Shown here: piece by piece, positions 14,401 to 24,996 of the stretch | How positions within the stretch are numbered: the first letter of the stretch is position 1 | How the letters are laid out: each line of letters opens with the position of its first letter | Origin: Fimbriosthenelais zetlandica | Taxonomy: Eukaryota | Assembly: GCA_977030845.1 (NCBI GenBank) | Contig: OZ365116.1 | Coordinates: forward strand, 4,154,001 to 4,218,000 | Direction: 5' to 3' | DNA: 64,000 bases | Translations under genes and position numbers: made by a program | The notes under the pieces: model-generated | Seen by the model: the letters and a program-made list of their open reading frames with translations, nothing else | Told to the model about the DNA's origin: nothing | The model's database searches: none

Positions 14401-15738
14401 TGTAAGTAAAAGGCCCGTCTTAACCTTCAACTGGTAGTCCCATTTGTCTTTGATAGACACACACTGCCTTTCCACAGTCATTGATGCTATTCTCTTGAAT
14501 ATTAGATAAAAGATTGGATTTCAATACTGTGAATTATTCAACAGACAATATAGGTCTAGAAAGGGAGAAATTGCTACGGTAGTAAAATCACTTACCCCCC
14601 GTGGAGCACTGTGTCTGCCCTTATTTACTTGCATCCTTTTAAAATCTGACCCGAGCTTGGAACAAAGACAAAATATCAGAAGAGAGTATTTTAATGCCCT
14701 GAGGGGTATCCCCAGGCTGGTTCCTTGTTCTAAGAACCAATGAAGACACTTGATTCTCACTCCTCTCCGCTCCCACCCCCCTGCAACCCACCACTCCTCC
14801 ACCATCACATACTGGAGGAGGCAATCGCTTACTATGTGTAATATTGAGCTTTATTCCCAGAGAAAAAGTAGAAGATAGCCATGCACAGCACCGAGTAGGA
14901 CACCCCGGGGGCGAACCCTTTAAAAGATGCAGTAGAACGTGGCCCTGTCTGTAGATGGACCAAGCAGCCTCCAGAAGGCCCCACCAACACCCTAATGGGA
15001 AGGAAACCCTTTGGCAAATCAGATTGCCACCCAGACTCTGATGTGTCGGAGAAGCGAAGCTCCGAGTACTTTTAATGCAATTGGCCGCCATATAGAATCC
15101 ATGGATTTTTAGAGCTGGGTCTATGTACATAGAAAAACAGTCATCTTCAGATGAATATTTTGATGGATTTCACCCAGGATTTTCAGATTATCTTTGATTA
15201 TTAATCCTTAAAGAACATTGCGATTGTAACTGTTAAATTGTCTGGCTCAGTTAATAGCGATAGATCCACTGGATTTTCTGCTGCATTCGCAACACTAACA
15301 CTCGTAAGAAAAGGATTCCCAGTGGAGCTACCCCTCAACAGCTAATCTGCAAATTCCCAGCGACATATATCACAATGACGTCTGAGCTGATGTGCCCTTT
15401 ACTAAGTGCTCTCTGTCTTCATCCCAACCAATTTAAGGCTCATTTTGTTTTGCTTTCTGGTAAAACTGAGGTCTAATTAGCCCCTGACAAGCATCTAGCG
15501 GGCACTTAGCCCGGTGAACGTTCCCAGCATCAGTCGTTCAGTGAAAGTCCCTCTATTTCCTGCAGTCACCAAGTCTCGTGGAATGGCTGCCGAATCCTGG
15601 GATATATGGCTTCATTGCACGCCCTTCAGCTGCATAAAAAAGTAGTTTGGGATTTGATAGCGTTGTCTGATTCATCCACACTCTCTGACACAGACTTTGT
15701 CTGCCTCTACGCTTGTATCTTCCCCACATAAAACCTTC

Positions 15739-15816
15739 CCTGGCAGGAGATACGTGCAAGAAAACATAATACATGTCCTGGCAGGAGATTCGTGCAAGAA
15801 AACGTAATACATGTCC
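15739..15816. repeat. 38-bp tandem duplication
   Basis: CCTGGCAGGAGAT(A/T)CGTGCAAGAAAAC(A/G)TAATACATGT at 15739 and 15777, with 2 mismatches. Confidence 0.95.
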
Positions 15817-17307
15817 AAGAGAAATTTAGGAGATGGACATCGTGTGAGGAGGCTTTAGCTAGCTAGCTAGTCTTGGATTTTATTGTATGAAGTAAATTCT
15901 TTGCTACACAACCATCTGCATGTTGTCTGGCTTCTTGTAGGTGAAGTAATGGGTGGTAGAGACATGGTGCTAACTGAAGATGATCACTAATCTATAACCA
16001 GATTATAAGCTCCATTCACTCGTCTCCCTCTGCTGATATGAATGGGCGCAGGTGGTATTCAGTACTAGATCACGCCCGCCTCTATAATCCTAGTCCATAT
16101 CTATCGTCTTTAGCTCTTGCTTTTATACAGCTTTCAAACCTGATCTGAATAGATAATCCTTCTTGCCCCCTTAGTATTTTCATCATGTGGTAGCCCTATA
16201 AAATCTTGGGTTATCCCTATAAAATGGCCTTTCTGAGATTTTCTTACGTTTTTGAAACAGAATCAGAAAATTCTCTCTCAAGTGCAACTCAGTAAACTGT
16301 CCTTGGAAGCCAAGGAATCTTTTATGGGTCTCTTAAAATCGTCTGTCGAACCTGAACAGAGTGTTCTGATGACAACTACTACAAAGGTGTGTTGAATTAT
16401 TCAGACGTCTTCCTGGCTAACTCAGAAAGTGCAAGGCTTAATAACCAACTGAAAACTGCCACTGCATCTTTTCCATAAAGTTGCCCGGAACTAAAGCACT
16501 TTAATTGCAGTCCTCTGAAAGTATGCCCGCTTTGATGAACTTCCTTGAAGGAGCCGCTGCAGCGAGTGAAGCCTGTTCGATTAGTGGGGGATGAGAGAAC
16601 TATAGAGCCTTGTTTGTTCCTTTGTACGTCTTTGGATCCCTCATCGTAAGAGAAGCCAATGGGTACCACGATAGTTACTATGAACGTCAATCAATGGCGG
16701 TATTAAATGTACATTTACCAGCTTTTGTCACCAGCTACTGTATTGGAAGTAGACTATAATTTCTGCTCGCGAGAGTAGCTCATCTTGGCTTCAAAATGGA
16801 AGCCATACACGCGTGCCCATATCAAGTACCGGTCGTCTATTGTGTCGGGCAATCTTGCTTTTGTCGTCGTGCACTGGACGCCTGGCTAGTGGGCTGCTGG
16901 CTGCCTTAATCCAGTTGGAATTGCCTCTTGGCTCGTTATAAATAGCTTTGTAATGAATCATTAAGTTGGTGTGATTAAAACCGAAGATGGTGGGTCGTCA
17001 AGTATTGATCACGTCTAATTACGATCCTATAGACGATAATCTGGGACCATATAAATTGTAGGCTGATGGAATAGTAAAGGACACTGCCTCCACTACCCAT
17101 TCTTTCACAAGACTAGACTTGTACAGGCCCGGTCCACGGCCCTTATTGATTAAATCCTTTTTTGTACTCATCAATCTCAAATAGATAATTGTCTTCCTGT
17201 CCAATGGCTGCGCTTTGCTTCATACAAGTGGGAGAAAGCTGTTGTGATTATGAACAGCATTGAAGAAAGAATTTAAAAGAAGATATAATCGGTTCCCCAT
17301 ACTCCTA

Positions 17308-17314
17308 GTACTAT
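17308..17314. repeat. Left target-site duplication GTACTAT
   Basis: Immediately precedes the left TIR and is identical to 24233-24239. P-superfamily elements make 7-8 bp TSDs. Confidence 0.9.
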
Positions 17315-17350
17315 CAAAGATTCTACTATATAAAGATGTCCGACTCGCGC
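17315..17350 (+). repeat. Left terminal inverted repeat (36 bp)
   Basis: CAAAGATTCTACTATATAAAGATGTCCGACTCGCGC is the exact reverse complement of 24197-24232. Confidence 0.97.
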
Positions 17351-17388
17351 GCGCGCGGTGTTATGCGCGCTGCAGTGGCGCCCTCCTA

Positions 17389-17407
17389 CGGCGGCTCTCC
17401 TTAACTA
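17389..17407 (+). repeat. Left internal (subterminal) inverted repeat, 19 bp
   Basis: CGGCGGCTCTCCTTAACTA is the exact reverse complement of 24130-24148. Confidence 0.92.
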
Positions 17408-17425
17408 ACGTTGTCCGCTAGCATC

Positions 17426-20400
17426 ATGGCCGCGAGCAGGTCACATTGGGCCGGGAGCGGTGGGTTTTGTGCAGCCGCGAACTGTAACAACTCCAGGAAA
17501 TGGAATGGAGAACTTCACTTTTTCCGCTTCCCTAAAGACCCTCAAAGGTATGTAAGGCTAAATGAAATTAGAACAAAGCCTTTTTTTGTGTCCATCTGAC
17601 GTTTTGAAAATGACCTTGTTGAGGCTATGTGAGCGATAATAGGCCTGGATAGACCAAGGCTCTAGATTTGAACTTGTATTAATTTTCTGTATTCTAAAAC
17701 CTTAGACATAGATGTCAGAATTGACATTAATAAAAGTATTGGTATTTATAGCTCAGTCTGGTCTGACCTAGATCTAGAGGTGTGACTATGTCCATCTAAA
17801 ATAATCAGAAAAGCCGTAAAAAAAAAAAAAACACAATGACCAATCTGATTTGGTGACGGTGGGCCAAGCTTAGCCTAAGTACCGGTAAAAAGATTCATGA
17901 GCATGGACCCCTGAACCGTGACTGGGGTCCCCTTCCCTAGATCTATGTAAATGAAACAGGTCTATCAACAATATGACATTACATTTATTGAGGCATTTCT
18001 TGAATTTTATTTATATTCTTAGATGTAAAACGTGGGTGAACAACCTTCGACGGGAGGACCTTCGAGACAAGACAGCTGAGCAGCTATACAAGAATGCCTG
18101 TGTATGTCAAGAGCATTTCGAAGACGTAATGTTCATGAATGTTGCCAAGAAGAATAGCCTGGTATGTTGAAAGCTTATATAGTTTGATTTTATAGAAAAA
18201 AAGGCACAATAGTTAGGCCTACATTCTTCTACTCATTGTCAAACTATGTGCGAAAATTAAGATGTTTAATCATCTGGACAATGTCAAATAATCTTTTTTT
18301 TCTCTTTGATTGGAAGGTCCCACTTGCTGTTCCTACATTCGTGAGTGTGACAAACCCGCCTCCACGGGTGAGCAGTAAGAGACCACCACCAAAGATGCGT
18401 GAAGTTCCCCCAAGAAAGAAGCAGGTGATTGACAGGGATGAACACCAGGGTACGTAGCTAATTAAATTATAGCTAACAGCAGGGCGTGAAGAGTTGGTAA
18501 ACATTGACTAGAGTGAAATGTAGTCCAGGCTTTAATTTTCCTAGCTTGAAATTAGAGATTATAATATTGAAAAATCCTTGAATTGGTAAAGTGTGTGATT
18601 TAAAAAAAAAATTACTGCACCCCTTTAGACCCCGGCAGTACTTCGGGATTGACAACAGAGCCAGGTGTACACCATAGTACAGGAGAAGAGACCCCGTCCA
18701 TTGAACAGCTAGGTGTGTATTAATTATAATTAGTCATCAAAATCGCGATAGTCTGGTGAACCATATTATTACCGTATTTAAAATGAATAGCATGGTTTTT
18801 TTCTGACTTTCTAATGACGTTTGATAGACTTCATCATTACTTTAGTCTGTGTAAAATTTTGACCCACATAATATAATTAAATTAAAATTAAAAACAATCG
18901 TATAAATAAACCAATTTCAGAACAAAAGATTTTTAAGCTACAGCGTAAAGTTCAAAAATTACGCATGCAGGTGCTTATACTTATAGTATCTTGGTGCTAT
19001 TTTTTAACAGATTTGTTCACTTTTATTTCCTATTTTATTGTCAGTTGAATGTTGTTATTCACTTTGCATAATGCGCCAGTCAATGTGTCGTACCTGGGGA
19101 TTCAGTCTAGAGTATATAATATCAGCTTAATGGGTTGGGGGTGTCGGGGGGGGGGGGGGGGGGGGGGGGGGGTAGGTAGGGGCATTGCACATTGAGTGGT
19201 GCATTACTTGAGGTTTTTTCGATTTTTACTTGTTAACTTTTATATGCTAGATCTATAATGCTGTATGCTACTCAATTATATTCACAGATTATTCTTAATT
19301 ATTCTTAAAAATATAGGATTATTTGCCATAAAATTACAACAATTAACCGAAAGTTAATTGTTTTCTAACCAGATCTCATAGATTAAAATAAGCTTCTTTG
19401 TGGGGAATTTGTAAGTATTATATATTATGACTAATATACAATCATATACTTATGTCATATTTAAAATGGAATTTAAGGCTCGTCGCTGGAAAGAGAAGGC
19501 CAAGAAGACCCAGGTACCACGGGCAACTCGTGTCAGCAAGAGGGCTGAGAAAGCAAGACAACTCCTTGAGCTGCGCACAAACCTCTCCAAGCATCTCACA
19601 GCTTCCCAAGTCCAGTTTGTCATGAGCCAGGTGCGTCAAGGTGGCAAGTCTTCACGAGGCCGGCGATGGACAGAGGAGGAAAAGACATTAGCCTTATCAC
19701 TCCTTCATTCAAGTCCAAAGACATACAAACTACTTCGTAAAATGTTTGCTCTTCCATCTCTTTCTACCTTGCGCAACATAGTTTCAAAGGTCGACATAAT
19801 GCCTGGTTTCAGCAAGAACATTTTGGAAGCATTGAGACTGAAGGTGCAGAATCTTCCACCAAATGAGAAGCTTGTCAGTTTAGTTATGGACGAGATGACC
19901 ATAAGACAAGCTATCACATATGACAAACATCATGATGCCATCGAAGGGTTTGTCCACACCACAGAGCGTGGTGAAGAAGTGGCTAGCCACGTTTTAGTGT
20001 TCATGGTAAGGGGCCTTCTTACGAAGTGGAAAACACCCATAGGCTATTTCCTCTCCGGTGGAACTATGAAGTCATCAGTTATGAAGGATCTCATGCTCCA
20101 GGCTATTGATGAAGTACATGCTGTTGGCCTGACCGTGACCGTGGTGGTGTCTGATCAGGGATCAAACAATGTCTCCATGTTCGAGACAAAGCTTGGTGTT
20201 GGTGTTAGTCAACCCTTCTTCATCCATCATGATTCCAAGGTGTTTGTCATGTATGATCCGCCGCACCTCATTAAGTCCATACGAAATAACTTGAAAAATC
20301 ATGGATATGAGGTTGATGGCCATGACATCAAGTGGGAGCACCTCAAGGAATTCTACATAAAGGACTCTGAAAAGGCTGTTCGTCTAGCACCACGACTGAC

Positions 20401-22154
20401 AAGCAAGCACCTAGATCTCCCTCCCTTCTCTCCACTAAGGGTGAAACTTGCGACACAGGTACTGAGTCACTCTGTGGCAGCTGGTATGACAGCCATGGCT
20501 AACTGGCAAGTTATTTCAGGTAGGAGTTAAATTGTATTTTCTCAGATTAGATTACACACTGGTTATTTCGAACGCTGTAATTTATTTCAACCACTTTAGT
20601 AATATTTCAAATTTTCCCCAGAGAATCAGATCATAGGGCAGTGTGGAAACGTAAATAATATTTACTAGATCCTCACTTTATATCTCTTAATCTAGAAATT
20701 TTAATAATATTGGATTTTTCTTTGCAGCAAATTGCATGTACACTGCAGCATTTTGCGAGGAGATGGACCAACTGTTCAACACGTTTAACAGCGCCTCACT
20801 GACCAGCACTGCTCGCATGAGGCATGCCATGTCTAACACCTCGGGCCACGTGGAATTCCTGAAGGCTAAGCTAACATGGATCGCAGGATTTAAATCCAAA
20901 GGTATTATTGTAGCAAATTACTAATCCTATATGGACTACATTCAATAAATACTGCATATTTGCACTCCCCGTATTTGGCCGGTCATGCAAATATGCACTA
21001 CCGGCAAGAAAGGGTTAAATAAGTACATCTATGTTACATTATGACATCATCTAACCTTTATTTTTTTCATTTATTTAGGTTCCCGTGCCCCTGCTTGTTT
21101 CCGGGGTTGGCAGATTTCAATCTCTGCAGTGCTGCAGCTTTGGGAGAAGTTGAACGTCAATCATGGGGTAAAGTTCCTGATGACAAATCGTCTTAACCAA
21201 GATTGCTTAGAAAATCTGTTCTCCATTATACGGTCTAAGGGAGCACAACGGGACAACCCCGACGCAAGAGAATTCCGAGCAGCTCTTCGACAGGTAGGCC
21301 TAGATGTTATAATGTTATCACACAATATTTGTTTAAATTGTTAAATCCTTTCGGGAATACAAAAGAAATCCTTTTAAAACTTATAGTGTTTGCGATTTAA
21401 AAAAATGAAATATTGTATTTTCTGACTTGGACATAATTGTATTAAATTAATTCAGTTATTAATCTCATTGAAACAGGTGATGGTCGACTCCATCATGACT
21501 CCTGTGACCAATGCAAATTGTCAGGAAGACGTTGACAAATTTCTGGTCAACCTGTCTACGCCACACCCTGTAGACCCATCACCACTTATTGAACCTGTCC
21601 CCGAATGTCCGTCTAACATTAGCCATGTACCAGAAGGTGTGCGTTCATTGCTGACGGTAGCAAACTTCACCGCGCTTGATGCTGTGGAGGAACTTGACCA
21701 CCAGGAAGACAATGTCATCACTTACATTGGTGGTTACATCATCAAAAAGCTGAAACCCGTGATCTGTGGCTATTGTGTTAGTTCCCTGTCAACAGTGATA
21801 GATCCAGAAGAGCCTACCCACGAGTTCCTCAAGGAAAAAAACTACATTGGTGCTACAACTGGACTCACTGCTCCCTCCACTTCCCTGACCAATGTACTTC
21901 AAACCATGGAGACTGAATACAGAAAGGTTATTGTAGCAAACATTTATCAATATGGTGTCCTGAACAATATCGTGAATGCTTTGAGTAAATCAGTGGATAT
22001 GGTAGGAATAACCTGTGAAACGTGTGGTGTTGAAAAGGCAGTGGTACGTTTATTTGTTACAATTAGGCTTCATCACACACTCAAGGAAAGTAATCGGGAA
22101 CTCAGTCAGGGGAAACGGAAGAACCGTAAAATGTTGAAATTAACGCATAAGTAA
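17426..22154 (+). CDS. P-element (THAP9-like) transposase, 9 predicted exons, 878 aa
   Basis: Hand-spliced exons: 17426-17547, 18023-18161, 18317-18449, 18629-18712, 18921-18970, 19478-20519, 20728-20901, 21079-21293, 21477-22154. All introns are GT..AG, phases are compatible, and the total is 2637 nt with no internal stop. THAP C2CH motif: FCAAANC..FFRFP..W..CQEHF..L-VPLAVPT. Short coiled coil: EQKIFKLQRKVQKLRMQ. Catalytic-core motifs: LVMDEM, VVSDQGSNN, YDPPHLIKSIRNN, LRVKLATQVLS, RLNQDCLENLFSIIR. C-terminal YIGGYIIKK..CGYC..CETC. Confidence 0.9.
19146..19172 (+). repeat. Poly-G tract (~27 G) in transposase intron 5
   Basis: Homopolymer read directly; the exact length is unreliable in assemblies. 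Confidence 0.85.
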
Positions 22155-22221
22155 TGTTCATTCTGAAAAGTATTCACATTCCGAGACATAAGCGTGTTAG
22201 CTGTTCTGATTAATTTTTCTG

Positions 22222-22384
22222 ATTTATTCATGTCTCAGGTGAATGTGGGAGGTATCCTGATCCTTGCCCTGCCTGGGGCATGGATCTATATCTGTAAAAA
22301 AAACTTTGATTTCAATCCAAAAATTAATTATTTATTCATATCTCAGGTGAATGTGGGAGGTACCCTTATCCTTGCCCTTCCTGG
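22222..22384 (+). repeat. 55-bp direct duplication (offset 108 bp) just 3' of the transposase stop
   Basis: 22222-22276 and 22330-22384 differ at 4 positions; each copy contains TTTATTCAT.TCTCAG|GTG. Confidence 0.9.
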
Positions 22385-23373
22385 ACATTTTAGTATCATT
22401 GTTGTAAATAAGCTTTGTACATGATGGGAAAGAAAGTACGTATGTATAAAAAAAGAAAGTGGTCGGTTCAATCAAGTACATGTAATTGCATTGTGACGTG
22501 TAGCATATATATTATGCAGGAGGAGATGTATATATAGCCTTGACATCTAATAGCTGTTACAGAAGCTCAGCTGGGTATTATTTTTGTAATTGATGTAATT
22601 CATGTATTATTATGGTAACAACTTTAGTGTCTTGAGATATACATGATCCAGATAATTTTGATTTGTCAATTATGTAACTGTGCTTTGCCATGCATTCGGT
22701 AGAGCAACAGTGACTTGAATACACCACCTTGTACTAGTGGCTTGTACCTGGCTCTCTTATTATGTCATAGGCCAATATGGCATCTTTGGTTTAATGGATT
22801 AATGTAAATAATTTTCCGGATAAGATCAATGTAAAGAAAAAAATCAAGCCTGCTCACTTTCCAGAAACTGCAGGGTCTATATGTATTTTAGCTCCTCTGA
22901 TTCATGATGAGGTAGTGGTTATGTTCGACTACAGTACTAATTTGTTACCGTAACATAACCATAAAATACCAATAATAAAAAACACTTTTTCCAGTATGCA
23001 GTATTTGTTTTTTTGACTTCATAGGTATAGGATCAAGGATCGTCAACAATTAAGTCAAGAAAATATGATGAGACCTTCTGTTCGAAACAACAAGCTTCAC
23101 ATTTATTCCCTTAATTCTATCCTATCTCAAGGAAGTGTTAATGGTGAATTTATGCTAGAAAAATAAAAAGGAAAAATAGGCCTATACTGCTATAGACAGA
23201 AAAGTGGGAAATTATTTAATCAGGGGTAACTTTGTTATGAGTCAATAGCCACCTGACAATAGGCCTACATATACTTCTCTTGGGGTTACCGGTAGCCCTA
23301 CCATACCCGGTACTTCATTGGGATATCGTGAGGGGGCGAATTTGCTATTTGTGACTGTCTCAGATGATCAGAT

Positions 23374-23672
23374 CCCACCAAAAATTGTACCGTAGGACTT
23401 GGGCTATATTCCATAATTTAGGCTTAGCCTTAGGGCCCAGGCTTAAGCCTAACCTACCCTACCGTTAGACAGAATATTCATCTCTACCCAAAATTGTACC
23501 GTGGGGCTAGGCCTCGGAGAGTAGGCCTGTATATTCCATAATTTAAAGTCTACGCCAAAACCAATATAGGCTATATTTCATGATTTAGGCCTATGCCTAG
23601 GATTACATATTCCATAATTTAGGCGTAGGCCTAGGCTTAGGGCGTAGGCCCAGGCCTAACCTAGGCTAACCT
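23374..23672. repeat. Degenerate AGGCCT/TAGGCCTA-rich tandem array inside the P element 3' region
   Basis: Repeated modules AAAATTGTACCGT (x2) and ATATTCCATAATTTA (3 exact copies plus 1 variant), interleaved with AGGCCT/AGGCTT palindromic motifs. Confidence 0.75.
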
Positions 23673-24129
23673 GCTCCACCCCGCTGGAACAGTAAGTGAG
23701 TAAGTGTCAGATTACAGATACCGGTAGGTCTACTCTAGGCCTAAACCGATTTGGTGGTTGACTGGGCCCTCCCAAACATGAAATATGAAATTGATAAATA
23801 TCGAAATCTACCATAGGGAAAGAAACATACAATAATATTTCCTGATACAATGTATGTGGATGCTTTTCAGCCCCAAACTCTCTCTCAAGTAGCGACCTAT
23901 TCGCCAATTGGGCATATTATCGCCCATTCTAAACCCCGGCTATAAATGGCTAAATCTTCCATTTAAAATAGCTTTTAGTCTCAATCATATTATTTTCCAC
24001 AAGAGCAGCTTATTTATGCCTTATAGTCATCTAATTTATTACAAGTTTCCTGCTCTTTTGCTCTACTGGTCATCAGAAAATGCTGTTGAAAGCGTCAATA
24101 GCGACCAATGCTCGGGCCTATTTCTGACC

Positions 24130-24148
24130 TAGTTAAGGAGAGCCGCCG
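24130..24148 (-). repeat. Right internal inverted repeat, 19 bp
   Basis: TAGTTAAGGAGAGCCGCCG is the reverse complement of 17389-17407. Confidence 0.92.
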
Positions 24149-24196
24149 CATGGAGCGCAGCGGTCGCGACGATAACACTCGCGTCAGTGGGCGCGG

Positions 24197-24232
24197 GCGC
24201 GAGTCGGACATCTTTATATAGTAGAATCTTTG
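24197..24232 (-). repeat. Right terminal inverted repeat (36 bp)
   Basis: GCGCGAGTCGGACATCTTTATATAGTAGAATCTTTG. Confidence 0.97.
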
Positions 24233-24239
24233 GTACTAT
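24233..24239. repeat. Right target-site duplication GTACTAT
   Basis: Immediately follows the right TIR and is identical to 17308-17314. Confidence 0.9.
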
Positions 24240-24865
24240 AGGGAACTGAAATGCAATAATAAAAACGACAAGGTTTATCTACGAATTATGTTTAAGAATA
24301 AGAAAAATAACCAGCAGCCTACTAATGCTCTATACTCTGTGTATAGTAAATTGCTGTATAAGCTCAATTTATGGGATGTCTTTGATGAGCTATTTTTTAC
24401 ATCTGCTGTCAGGGAATATAGCCTCCGAACAAAACACAAGCATTGTGGTGGAGAAGAATAGGGCAAAAATCGCAGCTGCTGTGATTCCCCACAGTGGAGG
24501 CCTCCCAAATAAGACAGAAGTTTTTACCTTATGTTGGCGAATAAGACAAATAGGAAAAAACACTGGCGATAGACATGCTCATGAATGGAGTAGTTGGGTG
24601 GGGTAGGGAAGCTTATATATGGGAGTCAATACAGTTAGAAAGATTCTCTGTCATAACTGAGTAGTTCATACATAAACCTTAAACATAAGTGATTGATTTA
24701 TAAGTCTACATCTGTAGGTTGGTCATTTATTAAGTTATCAAATAACACGCCTTTATAAAATGATAAATGGGAGATAAATGATAAATATGCTTCACTGTTG
24801 AACGTATTGCTATCAAGGACTGTAAAACATGATGTTTTTTTCTGACTATGATAAAACGACAGACC

Positions 24866-24996
24866 NNNNNNNNNNNNNNNNNNNNNNNNNNNNNNNNNNN
24901 NNNNNNNNNNNNNNNNNNNNNNNNNNNNNNNNNNNNNNNNNNNNNNNNNNNNNNNNNNNNNNNNNNNNNNNNNNNNNNNNNNNNNNNNNNNNNNNN
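24866..24996. other. Assembly gap (131 N)
   Basis: Run of N in the sequence. Confidence 1.

Larger units (their letters stand above)
17315..24232 (+). mobile_element. Full-length autonomous-type P-superfamily DNA transposon (6918 bp)
   Basis: 36-bp perfect TIRs beginning CAAAG, a 7-bp direct repeat GTACTAT on both sides, and an internal THAP/P-type transposase gene with canonical GT-AG introns. Confidence 0.95.

Noticed and set aside
14639-15130. 163-aa minus-strand ORF
   Set aside because: No recognisable domain; lies in decayed repeat-like DNA where overlapping frames are equally open.
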